Assembly: GCA_965237955.1 (NCBI GenBank)
Contig: OZ250169.1
Coordinates: forward strand, 3,936,001-4,000,000
Direction: 5' to 3'
From: Candidatus Marinacidobacterales bacterium
GTDB taxonomy: Bacteria; Acidobacteriota; Vicinamibacteria; Marinacidobacterales; SMYC01
DNA length: 64,000 nt
Shown: one piece after another, positions 30,388 through 42,230 of the stretch
Position numbering within the stretch: the stretch's first letter is position 1
Layout of the letters: each line of letters starts with the position of its first letter
The notes under the pieces: generated by a model
The model's input: only the letters and a program-made list of their open reading frames with translations
What the model was told of the DNA's origin: nothing
Database searches by the model: none
Position numbers and translations under genes: made by a program

Positions 30388-30768
30388 TGAGACCGGCGCA
30401 AGCACCGATAACGTCGTCCAACAGCTCGGAGCATTCCGGACAGGCGTCCGCGGAGTGAGAGGGCTCTGCGGTTGGTAGCAGACTATCGACTCATCGTGTT
30501 GCGAGGACCGGGCTACGCTATAGTAGGGGTTGTTGGTAAGTCATTAAATGTCCAATTTCCAGTGTCGCGCCAGACACCTCATCCCTATTGGGATTGCCCT
30601 TGCCTTCGTCGCGGTGTTCGCACTGGCCTGTCGCGACCAACGTGAGCCCGTCACGCAGGAAGAGAAGGAGACCTGGGACGCGACGGCGCTTTTCCTGGCC
30701 GGCGTTTTCACGGTCAGCAAGAGCAGCTTCGACGACCGTCCCCAGGTCGTTGGGAACTTCTGGGACAA

Positions 30769-31302
30769 TTACGACTCGCCTTGCGCCGGCGGGGTCATGT
30801 CGTGGCGTCCGGTGATGACGAGGCTTCGTGCGGTGTTGTCTTCGGCGTCGAAGCTCGCCATGCCGTGCAAGAAAATGGCGGCGTCTATCGTGTCGGGGTG
30901 CTCTGAAGCAAGCAAGATGAGGTTCGCCGCTCCGTTCGACCAGCCGATGGCGTGGACGCGCTCGAGCCCCAAGTGCCCGCGGAGGGCGTGGAAATGCGTA
31001 CGGCGGCGGCTCCGAGGTTGGTCTCCTCATGCGCCGCCTCCGAGTCGCCCATGCCGCGGGGATCGAAGTAGACCATGGTCACGTGCGGCTCGAGCGGGCG
31101 GTAGAGCGCCCGAAGTCCCTCCAACGAAAGGCCCCACGAGTTCGGCACGGTCATGGAGCACCGGGCCGGAGCCGTGCACCTCGTAGTGGATGGCGAAACC
31201 GTTCAGCTCCGCTGTGAACGAGCCGGTTTCGAGCTCCTGAGAGGGAGTGGTACAACCGTTTATAATTAATGATGCAGCTGATGCTGCCAAACAGTCCCGT
31301 CA
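30769..31302 (-). pseudogene. Alpha/beta hydrolase, frameshifted and internally deleted
   Basis: IHYEVHGSGPVL, YFDPRGMGDS, IGWSNGA nucleophile elbow, LVITGRHD spread over several frames. Confidence 0.72.
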
Positions 31303-31376
31303 TGTCGTTTCTTACATCCTTAGTGCCCACGTTAATATAAGATGAGGCGGGATCGTCAATCTGGCAACTCTAGGTT

Positions 31377-32741
31377 ATGAGGTATTCGATGTCTATTCGC
31401 CAACTCGTTAGAATCGCAATCGTTCTTCTCATCTCCGTCGGCCCGGCCGCCGCACAGTGGACGGCTGAAAAACCTGGAAGCGACAACATTGAAGTCTTGT
31501 CACACATTCCGCTCGGACCGAGGCTCAGCGTGTCCGATACCGATATCGAGCAAGAGATGGACCGGCCGTACGCTTACGTCGGCCGGACGGACTTTGGTAC
31601 GGCAGGCGAAAAGGGCATCGACATCATTGACTTGAGCGATCCAACGAATGCCAAACGCATCTACTCGTGGCGCATCGAGAACCAGGATCTTCATCTCGGC
31701 GCGGGCGGCATGGACGTCAAGCACTTCAAGTGGAAGGACCGCTACTACGTCGTACAGTCGCTCCAGTTCCGCCAGGGTGGACCCGACCCCGACCTCGGCG
31801 CCGTCGTTCTCGACGTAACCGGCCTCCCGGACCCCGCGACGGTCAAAGAGGTGGCTCGCATTCGTGAGCCCGACTACCCGGGCGGGTTCCACAACATCTT
31901 TATCTACAAGCACAGCAACGGTGCTGTGCTTCTGTTCACCACGGTTGCCGGCCCGTTCGCGCACGTTTACGACCTCGGTCGGGTCGTCGACGGCGATGTC
32001 AAAAACGCGCTCGTCGCCAAAGTGCCCGTTCCGATCGGGGAGGAATACGAGCGCGGCGTCCAAATGTCCGAGGCGTTTCGAAAAGGGTATCACGATTTCT
32101 ACGTCGGCTATCACGAGGATACCGCCGAGGATCGCTTCTATGGTGGCGGCACCGGTGGCTACTACGTCTACAACATCACCGACCTCGAGCAGCCGGAGCT
32201 TCTCGTCCCGCTCACCGGCATCTCCGGCGTGCGCCGTGGGCACACGTTTACCCCGACGCCAGACGGTCGCTATGTCATCGCCGAGACCGAGTATCAGTAC
32301 GCTCCGCTCCGCATCTTCGACCTCAAGCCGGGTCTCGACGGCGAGGTCGAGAGCATTTCGCGTCCGATCGGCGCGTGGACGGCCGACTGGCGACATCTCG
32401 TGCACAACCACGAGGTCCGCTGGCCCTACGTGTTCGTCTCCGGCTACCTCGACGGGCTTCAAGTGTTCAGCTTGATGGACCCGACGAACCCGACGACGGT
32501 GGCGTACTACGATACCTACACCGGTCCGCCGGCGAGCGACTCAGTGCTCGACGGTGCTTTCGGGGTCGACGTCCGAAACGAAGACGGGCTAATCGTCATC
32601 AGCGACATGACGACTGGGTTTTGGGTGTTTCGCATGGAAGGCTTCCAGGGTTGGAACGGTGAAGACTGGGGTATGCCGAACATCTCGAGCGCCCAGGACT
32701 GGGACAAGACGCCGGCTGAGGGGACGGACTCGAACCCATGA
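31377..32741 (+). CDS. Secreted LVIVD-repeat (beta-propeller) protein
   Basis: Signal peptide, IIDLSDPTN, FHNIF, HDFYV, VHNHEV, VAYYDTY. Confidence 0.78.
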   Translation: MRYSMSIRQLVRIAIVLLISVGPAAAQWTAEKPGSDNIEVLSHIPLGPRLSVSDTDIEQEMDRPYAYVGRTDFGTAGEKGIDIIDLSDPTNAKRIYSWRIENQDLHLGAGGMDVKHFKWKDRYYVVQSLQFRQGGPDPDLGAVVLDVTGLPDPATVKEVARIREPDYPGGFHNIFIYKHSNGAVLLFTTVAGPFAHVYDLGRVVDGDVKNALVAKVPVPIGEEYERGVQMSEAFRKGYHDFYVGYHEDTAEDRFYGGGTGGYYVYNITDLEQPELLVPLTGISGVRRGHTFTPTPDGRYVIAETEYQYAPLRIFDLKPGLDGEVESISRPIGAWTADWRHLVHNHEVRWPYVFVSGYLDGLQVFSLMDPTNPTTVAYYDTYTGPPASDSVLDGAFGVDVRNEDGLIVISDMTTGFWVFRMEGFQGWNGEDWGMPNISSAQDWDKTPAEGTDSNP

Positions 32742-33325
32742 GAGCTCTCTCTGCCATACTCTTTTTCGCCGCTTCCGCGTCTTCGTCGACGTCCGCGGGT
32801 GAGGTGCGCTCATCGCCTTGGAACGTGCCGTTCGGGTTCTCGGGCTCGTGCACCGCGGCGTCGACCATCGCCATCCCGGACTTGCCGTCGAACTACTACG
32901 GCATTGACATGGTTCCGACGAAGCGCGTTCCGGGGACCGGCGCCGGGGTCGGGATCGGTGTCGTCACGTTCTCGAAATCGCCCTACGGAGTCTCGGTTAC
33001 ACCGGATGGAACCTACGTCGTCGACGTGCACTTGGCGCTCGATCGCATCAAACAACCGAAGCGAGGGGTTCTGACCGCGTGGGCGACCAAGGACGATCTG
33101 ACGGAGGTCAAACGTCTCGGCACGTTGGACGCATCTCTCCGCGCGTCGGGGCAAGTACGCTGGAACAAGTTTCTGCTCGTCGTCACCCTCGAGCCTTCTG
33201 CGGAGCCGACCGACATTTGGAGTGGGCCCGTAGTGATGCGGGGGATGTCTCGAAGCGGGCTCATGCACACGCTTGCGGGGCACGGCCCGTACGAAAAAGA
33301 GCCCTGCGCGAAGTACGGGTTCTGA
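32738..33325 (+). CDS. Secreted hypothetical protein, coupled to the LVIVD and multicopper oxidase genes
   Basis: ATGA overlap with the upstream gene, signal peptide, C-terminal HTLAGHG..C. Confidence 0.7.
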   Translation: MRALSAILFFAASASSSTSAGEVRSSPWNVPFGFSGSCTAASTIAIPDLPSNYYGIDMVPTKRVPGTGAGVGIGVVTFSKSPYGVSVTPDGTYVVDVHLALDRIKQPKRGVLTAWATKDDLTEVKRLGTLDASLRASGQVRWNKFLLVVTLEPSAEPTDIWSGPVVMRGMSRSGLMHTLAGHGPYEKEPCAKYGF

Positions 33326-33330
33326 TCCTC

Positions 33331-35010
33331 GTGAAACGTCTTTTGTGGGTATTGGTGTTGGCGTGCGCGCCGGCGTGGGCGCAGCACGAGGACCACGGCA
33401 TGCCGGTTGATGCCGCCGGCGATCCCAAAGCGTGGCGCATGCCGCCCCACGATTTTCCGATGCCGCCCCTTCCCGGCATCGCCGGCGCGGTGCCCATCGT
33501 CGGACCGTTTCTCGCCAAGATGGACGCGATGGATCTCACCGCGTTCCCCGAAGCACGGCCGAGCGAAGTCGTCGAGATGGCCGACGGCGAGAGGCTCGTC
33601 ATGAACGCGAGCGTCGTCCGCCGCACCATCAACGGCAAGACGTTTCTCATGTACGGCTACAACGGCCAGTACCCGGGGCCGCTTATCAAAGCGGAGCGGG
33701 GTGCCACCGTCATCGTCGAGCTCAAAAACGAGATCGAGATGCCGACGACGGTGCACTGGCACGGGCTCCGGCTCGATAACCGCTTCGACGGCGTGCCCGA
33801 CATCACCCAGCCGCCGGTTCTCCCGGGGGAGAGCTTCACCTACGAGGTCTATTTCCCCGATACCGGCATCTACTGGTACCACCCCCACGTGCGGGAAGAC
33901 ATCCAGCAAGATCTCGGCCTCTACGGCAACATGCTCGTTGCCTCGCCCGAGCCCGACTACTACAGCCCGGTGAACCGCGAAGTCGCGCTCATCCTCGACG
34001 ACATCCTCATGGATGATCTCGGACCGATTCCGTGGGGCGACCGCGCGCCCACGCACGCGCTCATGGGCCGGTTCGGAAACGTCATGCTCGTCAACGGGGT
34101 CACCGACTACGAGCTTTCCGTCGATCGCGGCTCGGTGGTCCGCTTCTATCTCACCAACGTCGCCAACACGCGAACGTTCAACGTCGTCTTCGGCGGCGCG
34201 ACCATCAAAGTCGTCGCCTCCGACGTGAGTAAGTACGAGCGTGAAGAGTGGGTCGAAAGCATCGTCATCGGCCCTGCGGAGCGCTACGTCGTCGAGGTGC
34301 TCTTCGACGAGCCCGGCGAGCTCGCGATCGATAACTCGATCCAGGCGATCGACGACTTCATGGGCCGGTTCCACCCTCATGTCAAAAAGCTCGGGACGGT
34401 GCGAGTATCGGACACGCCCGTCGCGGTTAGCCATGCCGAAGCGTTCCGTAAGCTGCGCGATAACGCCGACGTTCAGGAGGACATCGAGTCGTTTCGTCAG
34501 TACTTCGACAAGCCGGTGGACCACACTCTCGAGCTCACGCTCGAGCTCGAGAACCTGCCGATGCAGATCGTCCAGGCGATGCAGTTCGAGGCGGGTCTGT
34601 ACGCGCCGCCGATCGAGTGGAACGATGCGATGCCGGTGATGAACTGGCTATCGAGTGCCGAGCAGGTGCACTGGATACTGCGAGATCCCGATACCGGCAA
34701 GAAGAATATGGATATTGGCTGGAAGTTCCAGGTGGGCGACGTCGTCAAGATCCGCATCTTCAACGATCCCGAAACGATCCACCCGATGAACCACCCGTTC
34801 CATATTCACGGTCAACGCTATCTCGTGCTCTCCCTCGACGGCGTTCCCAACGAGAACCTCGTATGGAAAGACACCGCGATCGTTCCTGTGGGGACCACAA
34901 TGGATATCCTCGTCGACATCACCAATCCGGGTGAATGGATGATGCATTGTCACATCGCCGAGCATCTTCACGCGGGGATGATGACGTCGTTCACCGTGAC
35001 CGAGCGCTAG
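33331..35010 (+). CDS. Multicopper oxidase family protein
   Basis: VHWHG, YWYHPH, HPFHIHG, HCHIAEHLHAGM copper motifs. Confidence 0.93.
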   Translation: MKRLLWVLVLACAPAWAQHEDHGMPVDAAGDPKAWRMPPHDFPMPPLPGIAGAVPIVGPFLAKMDAMDLTAFPEARPSEVVEMADGERLVMNASVVRRTINGKTFLMYGYNGQYPGPLIKAERGATVIVELKNEIEMPTTVHWHGLRLDNRFDGVPDITQPPVLPGESFTYEVYFPDTGIYWYHPHVREDIQQDLGLYGNMLVASPEPDYYSPVNREVALILDDILMDDLGPIPWGDRAPTHALMGRFGNVMLVNGVTDYELSVDRGSVVRFYLTNVANTRTFNVVFGGATIKVVASDVSKYEREEWVESIVIGPAERYVVEVLFDEPGELAIDNSIQAIDDFMGRFHPHVKKLGTVRVSDTPVAVSHAEAFRKLRDNADVQEDIESFRQYFDKPVDHTLELTLELENLPMQIVQAMQFEAGLYAPPIEWNDAMPVMNWLSSAEQVHWILRDPDTGKKNMDIGWKFQVGDVVKIRIFNDPETIHPMNHPFHIHGQRYLVLSLDGVPNENLVWKDTAIVPVGTTMDILVDITNPGEWMMHCHIAEHLHAGMMTSFTVTER

Positions 35011-35093
35011 GGGCCGGATCGAGCCTGACACCGCCGCCGGACAGGTGTACCCTTGCGGCCACCAAAACGCTGCAGGCGTCAGGGGGTTAGGCA

Positions 35094-36097
35094 ATGAGGT
35101 TGACGGGTCTTCTGGCAGTCGTGGTGATCACGGCTGGCTTCGCTACCGACGCGCGCGCGCGAAATGATGCGCCCAATCGCTATCGCACTCTCGAGGACTG
35201 GGCGAAGTTGCCCGACGGCAGAACTTGGGGCGCGACGAGCGCGGTCGATGCAGCTCGGGACGGGTCCGGGAATATCTGGGTCGCCGAGCGCTGTGGTGAG
35301 AACAGCTGCCTCGGCAAGGACGACGTGGACACGGTTCTCCTGTTCGACCCGTCCGGGAAGCTCATCAGAAGCTTTGGGGCGGGGATGTTCGAATGGCCCC
35401 ACGGGATTCACGTCGACGCGGACGATAACGTCTGGGTCACCGACGCCCGGGGAAGTAACGTCGTGGGCATCAGATCATCAAGTTCAGCCCGGAAGGTAAG
35501 GAGCTCATGCGTCTCGGCAAGGCCGGGGTCGCGGGCGACGGGCCGGGTGAGTTCAACCGTCCGTTCGACGTGCTGGTTGCGCCCAACGGCGACATCTTCG
35601 TCGTCGATGGACACGGTAGCGACGGCAACAACCGCGTCCAGAAGTTCTCCAAGGACGGGAAGTTCATCAAAATGTGGGGGAAGACGGGGACGGGCCCAGG
35701 TGAGTTTCTCGACCCGCATGCGCTAGCGATGGATTCCCAAGGGCGGCTTTTCGTCGGCGACCGGAAGAACAATCGCGTCCAGATCTTCGATCAGGACGGG
35801 AACCACATCGCGAGCTGGACGCAGTTCGGTCGCCCGAGCGGGCTCTATATAGATGATAACGACATCCTGTCCTCCGCCGATTCCGAGTCGAATTTCAGCG
35901 CCAATGCAGGCTGGAAGCGCGGTATTCGGATCGGGAGCGCGAAGGACGGCATGGTCTTCGCGTTCATCCCGGATCCGGAGTGGACCGGCGACGTGCGCGG
36001 CACGACTGCCGCAGAAGGGGTCGCGGTGGATGCCGACGAGAATATCTACGGGGCGGAAGTAGGTCCGCGAGCTCTGAGAAAGCATGTGAAGCGGTAA
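35094..36097 (+). CDS. NHL-repeat (PAL-like) protein, frameshift at ~35460
   Basis: PHGIHVD..NVWVTD, FNRPFDV, DGHG, PHALAMD, DRKNNRVQIFD. Confidence 0.8.
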
Positions 36098-36115
36098 GAA
36101 AAAGGAGAGGGAAGC

Positions 36116-38055
36116 ATGACCAGTTTTAAGCGATCGCTGTGGTTGGTCGCGGTGGTGCTGTGTTTGACGCAGCCTCTCGCGGCGCAAGAGTGGACCCACT
36201 GGGGCGCGGATTCGAGAAGCTCTCGCTATTCACCCGCGGATCAGATCAATCGAGAGAACTTCGAGGATCTCGAGGTCGCGTGGGTATGGCGCGGTGACAA
36301 TTTCGGGCCGAGCGTCGACTACATCCTGCGGGCGACGCCGATCTACGTCGACGGCAAGCTCTACACCGTTGCTGGACAGCGCCGCACCGTTGTCGCCATC
36401 GAGCCCGCGACCGGCGAGACACTGTGGACGTTCCGCGAGCCAACCACCAAACGGTGGGAGTACTCGATGCGGGAGAACTATGGCAAAGGCGTCGCGTTTT
36501 CCGAAGTCGACGGCCAGGGCCGGATTTACCTCGTGAGCCCGGCGTTCAACCTCCACGCGCTTCACGCCAACAACGGTCGTCCCGTCGAGCAGTTCGGTAA
36601 CGAAGGCATGGTGGACATCCTCGACGACTTCGGGTACCCACATGATCCGAACCTGGGTATCCCGCTCGAGACCGGCTACATCACGAGCTCATCGCCGGCG
36701 ATTGTCGTGAACGGCGTCATCGTCATCGGGAACACGCATCAGCAGGGCTATTACCAGACGCGTCGGGAGAACGTCCCGGGGCACATCATGGCGTACGACG
36801 CCAAGACGGATGAGTTCTTGTGGAAGTTCAACATCATCCCGCAGCCGGGCGAGTTCGGGCACGACACGTGGGAGAACGACGCGTGGTCTTACACCGGGAA
36901 CGTATCGACGTGGGCGCCGTTGTCGGCAGACCCCGAGCTCGGGCTCGTCTACTTCGCGACCGATCCGCCGACGAACGATTTCTACGGGGGCTTTCATCCC
37001 GGAGCCAACTTGTTCTCGACGACCATCATGGCGGTCGACGTGAAGACCGGCAAGCGCACGTGGCACTTCCAAACCGTCCATCACGACATCTGGAACTACG
37101 ACAATCCGACCGCACCCACGCTCGTCGACATCACTCAGAACGGAGAGAAGATTCCGGTGCTGGTGCAGACGACGAAACAGGCGTTCGCGTACGTGTTGAA
37201 CCGTAAGACCGGTGAGCCCATCTGGCCTATCGAGGAGCGGCCGGTGCCGCAAACGACGGTTCCGGGCGAGAAGACGTCACCGACGCAGCCGTTTCCGACG
37301 AAACCTGCAGCGTACGACAAGCAGGGCCTCACCGAAGACGACTTGATCGACTTTACTCCCGAGCTTCGCGCGGAGGCAGTCGAGGTCATCAAGAAGTTCA
37401 AGACCGGTCCGCTTTTCAATCCGCCCTTGCACCGCGATAACAGCGACGGCTATGTCGGTTCGCTCCATTGCCCGGGTGGCGCCACCAACATCATGGGCGG
37501 AGCTGCTGTGGACCCGGAGACGGCGATCCTCTACGTCGCGTCCGTCGCGGGCTGTTCCTCGCCAAATCTCGTTCCCGGTGAAGAAATGGACGATCCCGAC
37601 ACAGGGAAGACCGTCATGCGATGGGTCAGCGGGCCTTCGGCCGGATGAGCGTTCAAGGATTATCGATTCTCAAACCACCCTACGGCAAGATCACGGCGAT
37701 CGATCTGAACACGGGGGAGCACCTGTGGTGGATTCCGAACGGTGATACCCCGGATTTCGTGAAGAACCACAAAGCGCTCCAGGGAGTCGATATCGGAAAC
37801 ACCGGCCAACGCGCCCACGCCACCGCGCTCGTCACCAAAACACTCCTCATGTACGGCGAGGGAAGAAACGGCGAGCCGCGGTTCCACGCGGTGAACAAGA
37901 AGACCGGTGAGCACATCGGTGTCGTGGATATCCCGGCCCCGACCAACCAGGCGCCGATGAGCTACGTGCACGACGGCAAGCAATACATCGTCGTGGCGAT
38001 TGCCAGCAACACCCATCCAGGCTCGTTGGTCGCGCTCGCGCTGGCGGAGGAGTAA
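36116..38055 (+). CDS. PQQ-dependent dehydrogenase family protein, frameshift at ~37640
   Basis: RYSPADQIN, WHFQTVHHDIWNYD, KPPYGKITAIDL, PMSYVHDGKQYIV. Confidence 0.85.
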
Positions 38056-38078
38056 CAGCAAGACCCCGCCGTCGAAGC

Positions 38079-38436
38079 TCAAGTGCTTCGGCGGCGGGAG
38101 CGTAACTGTGCGAGCCCGTCCTCGACTTCTTCGCGCGGTAGCTTGCCCCTTAGCGAGCTCGTCATCGCTTTTCGCGAGCAGGCGCTGGTAGAGCTCGATG
38201 CCGGGGACGATGACGTCTTCGTGTCCCGCGTCGACGAGCTCGAAGAGAACGTCCTCCGCGTCCGCGAAATCACCTTGTCGCTCGTAGTGGAAGACCAGTT
38301 TCTTTTGAACGGCGGGTACGGGGAGATAAGCGGACAGAGCCTCGGTGAGAGCTTCGATCCGGCGCAAGTAACGGCCGGCGTCAGGAATGCGATCGAGGCT
38401 CTCCCGACCCGAAACCTCGAGCAGCAACGAGAAGGT
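38079..38436 (-). pseudogene. DUF6483-like helical protein, truncated by IS5 copy 2 and frameshifted
   Basis: YERQGDFADAEDVLF...YQRLLAKSDDEL..G.LPREEVEDG. Confidence 0.5.
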
Positions 38437-39525
38437 GCCTTGGTGCACAACTCCGATAGAGGCCGAGAGCTCGCTTGGCCCCGACTCCCATCATCCGGTC
38501 ATCTCGCTATCAGGCATCCCGAGCGCCGTCATCGTGTTGAGAATCTTGCACCCGATCCTTGCCTCGACTCTCTGTGCCGCCAACCCTCTCGCTCGCATCG
38601 CTGAGCCCACGATAGCCTTGTAGCGATGGAACGTTGTCTCGACTTTGCTCCGTTTGCTGTAGCCCGATTCTGTGTGCCACTTTCGTTTGCCGAGCCGAGC
38701 TTGTGCTGCAATGTTGCGATTGCGCTGTCGGCTGCTCGCCGGCCCCGATGCGAGCTGGGCGCCCTTGCGCGGCGGTATCAGCACCCTCGGCGAGCAATGA
38801 GCGCTGTGATTCTCGATCGCCTCATAGACGCCGCCGGCGTCGTATGCGGTGTCAGCTCTGGCCGATGAGATGGGACTGTCGATCTGTCCGACAAGCGATG
38901 CAACCCGCGATGAATCGCGGGCTCTTTTGCTCGTCAGCTCGCCGGCGACGACTTCGCCACTCTGCTCGTCGACACACAGATGGAGCTTGCGATAGTCCCT
39001 GCTCTTTGGTGCTCTGCGCAGCTGGCCGGCGTGGACAGCGAGACCGCTGCTGTCGATCAAGATGTGCAACGGCGTCTTCTGCTTGTCTTGGTAGAAGGGG
39101 GGGGACCTTACCCAGCTTCGCCTTGCGCCTCGAGATCGTGGTGTGATCGGGCACATCATTGTCTAGCTTCATCAGAGCGAACAACGATCGCAGTAATCCC
39201 TCGCTCTGCCTAGATGACAGATGAAACACCATGCCCAGGGTGACAGCCGTCTCGATGGCGTGGTTCGAGTACTTGCGTTGACGGCCCGGTTTCCTCCTCC
39301 TCGGCCGGGGCGCGTCCCAGTTCATAAGCTTGCCGGCGGTGAGCGAGATCCAGACGGTCAGGCTCCCACGGTTGCGTAGACCCGCCTCATATTCACGCCA
39401 ATTCCTCACGCGATAGGCCTTCTTCACATACTTCCGCTGAGTGCGTTTGAAAATGCTCATGGGGAACCTCGAATCCGTGAGTAAAGGACAATTGTGGACC
39501 GAGATCGCGAGTTGTGCACCAAGGC
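38437..39525 (-). mobile_element. IS5-family element, copy 2
   Basis: Same IRs and near-identical sequence as copies 1 and 3. Confidence 0.9.
38491..39460 (-). pseudogene. IS5-family transposase, frameshift in an expanded G-run at ~39100
   Basis: G8 here versus G4 in the other copies. Confidence 0.85.
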
Positions 39526-39617
39526 AGTCCCAGGTCAAAAATATTCGACCCGAGGCCAGCTCGCCGAGCTTGCTTTCTGCTTTGCTTCCGATATTCTGCG
39601 CTCTTTGGAGGATCGTC

Positions 39618-41135
39618 ATGACTCGACTCATGTGGTCCGGAGTCCTGTTGGCGTGGGCGGCCTGCACGACGTCGCAGCCGGAAGCGCCTGCCGAGCCCGA
39701 CCGCCCCAATGTTCTATTCGTCTTCTACGATCAATACCGCCCTGACATCATCGGGGCGTATGGCGGCGGGAAGAACATCACGACGCCCAATCTCGATCGC
39801 CTCGCCCAAGAAGGCGTGCTGTTCACCAACGCGCTCTCGACCACGCCGGTGTGTACGCCGTATCGAGGCATGCTCATGACCGGTCGCTACCCGACCCACA
39901 CGGGGATCATGCTGAACTTCCTCGAAGCCAACACGTCGCAAACGAATATCGCCGATGTGTTCTCCGAGGCCGGCTACCGAACCGCGTTCATGGGTAAATG
40001 GCATCTCGCCGCCGGCGGCTTCAAGAAGGCGTGGGTCGGTGAGGAAGACGGCTCGTGGGACTACGCGAGGCCTTACATGGAAGAGAACCCCGACTATGAT
40101 TTCGTACCACCGGGACCAGCGCGACTGGGTTTCGAGGACTGGGCGGCGTACAACTTCCACATCGATTTTCTCGCCGCGCCCTATTACAAGAACGAGCCCA
40201 AAAAGCTCATCATGGACGGCTACGAATCGAACGCGCTGACCGATATGGCGATCGCGTACATGGAAGAGGCACGAGGCGCGGGCGAGCCGTTTTTCATCAT
40301 GGTCGCGCCGCATCCACCCCACCCGCCGTTCGATCGACTACCGGAAGGCTACCTCGAGCGGGTGCCCGAGACGCTTCACTGGGACGACAACGTGCCGGAG
40401 GAAATGAAGACCGGCAAGAACCTGGCAGAAGCCCGCGCCTACTACGCAATGGCGAAAAACGCCGAAGACAACATGGGACGTCTGCTCGACTATCTCGACG
40501 AGTCGGGATTGACCGACGACACGATCGTCGTGTTCACGTCCGATCACGGCGAGATGCTGGGAAGCCACGGACGCCGCAGCAAGAGGGTTCCCTATGACGA
40601 GGCGGTGCAGGTGCCGCTTCTCATCCGCTGGCCGGGCCATCTGGCGTCGGGCTCTCGCACCGACACGCTCCAGACGCCGCTCGACCACATGCCGACGCTC
40701 ATCGCGATGGCCGGGCTGAGGGCACCACAGGGACTCGACGGGATCGATCTCAGCGGCGAGCTGCTCGATGGCCAGACCGTCGAGCGGAACGCGGCGCTGA
40801 TGAGCAACTACACCGCGGATTGGGACTTCTTCACGACGGCGTCCCAAGCGAACGCCAACCGGCCGGAGTGGCGCGGGGTGAAGACGAAGCAATACACCTA
40901 CGCGCGATGGATCGACGGCGAGACCGCGCTCTACGACGACCTGGCCGATCCCGATCAGCTGACCGACCTGAGTGACGATCCAGCCAATGAGGAGTTGGTG
41001 GACGAGCTGGAGGCGACGCTCCAGAAACTCCTCGCCGAGGCCCACGACGAGTTCCTTCCAGGAAACGCCTACGTCGAGTGGGTGGACCGGGAGCGCAACA
41101 TTATTAAGACAGGCCTGGGACCCGTCACGGAGTAG
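39618..41135 (+). CDS. Sulfatase (lipoprotein)
   Basis: Lipobox WAAC, PNVLFVFYDQ, CTPYRGMLMTG, GKWHL, PHPP, TSDHG. Confidence 0.9.
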   Translation: MTRLMWSGVLLAWAACTTSQPEAPAEPDRPNVLFVFYDQYRPDIIGAYGGGKNITTPNLDRLAQEGVLFTNALSTTPVCTPYRGMLMTGRYPTHTGIMLNFLEANTSQTNIADVFSEAGYRTAFMGKWHLAAGGFKKAWVGEEDGSWDYARPYMEENPDYDFVPPGPARLGFEDWAAYNFHIDFLAAPYYKNEPKKLIMDGYESNALTDMAIAYMEEARGAGEPFFIMVAPHPPHPPFDRLPEGYLERVPETLHWDDNVPEEMKTGKNLAEARAYYAMAKNAEDNMGRLLDYLDESGLTDDTIVVFTSDHGEMLGSHGRRSKRVPYDEAVQVPLLIRWPGHLASGSRTDTLQTPLDHMPTLIAMAGLRAPQGLDGIDLSGELLDGQTVERNAALMSNYTADWDFFTTASQANANRPEWRGVKTKQYTYARWIDGETALYDDLADPDQLTDLSDDPANEELVDELEATLQKLLAEAHDEFLPGNAYVEWVDRERNIIKTGLGPVTE

Positions 41136-41139
41136 AATT

Positions 41140-41210
41140 CTACCGACGTCCCTATCCCCCGGAGCCAAGCTCGGTCCGTACGAAATCCTCTCGCTGCTCG
41201 GAGCCGGCGT
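41140..41210 (+). pseudogene. N-terminal scar of a Ser/Thr protein kinase
   Basis: LSPGAKLGPYEILSLLGAG. Confidence 0.6.
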
Positions 41211-41784
41211 ACATTGTAATCTTCTGATGCTTCGAAACCTGCAGGCCGAGCCCGAGCTCACGCGTTTGGTCGAGCTCGCTCGCGAAAAATCGAAACAACT
41301 CGACGCCTGAGTCGATGGCCTACCTGAGAAATCGGCGAAGCCCTAATCCTCCGCGTCGGCGACGAGGCTTCTAGCAGCGGCATAGCTTTCGAGGTAGTCG
41401 TCTCCTTCTCTGCAAGCTCGCGAAGACGCTTCATCGATTGCTCACCTAACCTGACGCTCAAAACGTTCTCACTGTTTCTCTCCGTTCAAACCAGCTGCCC
41501 GGACACGGAGCGCGGCATCTTCCAAGATTCGAGAATGGTAACGTCCAAAACGCTCGAGCTTTCCGAGCCGCTCCGAGGCCAGTTCCCGGTCCAGTTCACG
41601 TGCTTCCGTCAAGGCAACCAGCAGGCCGATCGCCGTCGTGAAACGGATGCCGAGCACTTTGCAGCAGCGTATGTACTACATTCGTATTCGTCAAACCACT
41701 CCAACTTGCCACTGCGCGTTCAAGCACAGGTTTTCGTGCGCCCCTGATGCTTCTGATATCCTCGACGAGACTGAAGGAGGAGTG

Positions 41785-42195
41785 ATGCGGTCTACGCTCG
41801 AGCCCGGAACTTCCCGAACAGAGCGCATTACCATCGAACGGGATCGAACCATCGGCTTTCTCGGCGAGGAAATGCGCCTCTACAGCACGCCTTCCATGGT
41901 GCGCGACATCGAGTACACCTGTTTGAATCTCATCCAGGAGCACCTGGACGAGAGTGAAAGCTCGGTCGGAATCCACGTCGCGGTCGACCACTTGGCGGCG
42001 ACACCTCTCGGGCAATGGGTCGACGTCGAGGTCACGGTCTCGGAGGTCGACCGGCGCAAGGTCACGTTGCTCGCAAGCGTGCGCGATGCCGTCGAGGAGG
42101 TCGGGCGTGGCGAGCACGTTCGCTTCGTCATCGACGTCGAGAAGCATCGAAAGCGCTTGCAGAAGAAGCTCGCGCAACTCGGTCCCGGCGATTAA
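41785..42195 (+). CDS. Thioesterase (FlK-like hot-dog fold)
   Basis: YSTPSMV..IE, SVG..V.VDHLAATP.G, GRGEHVRF; GGAGG RBS. Confidence 0.85.
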   Translation: MRSTLEPGTSRTERITIERDRTIGFLGEEMRLYSTPSMVRDIEYTCLNLIQEHLDESESSVGIHVAVDHLAATPLGQWVDVEVTVSEVDRRKVTLLASVRDAVEEVGRGEHVRFVIDVEKHRKRLQKKLAQLGPGD

Positions 42196-42230
42196 CGCTT
42201 GCCCGCCGGAAATAATCTGACGAGGGGCGC

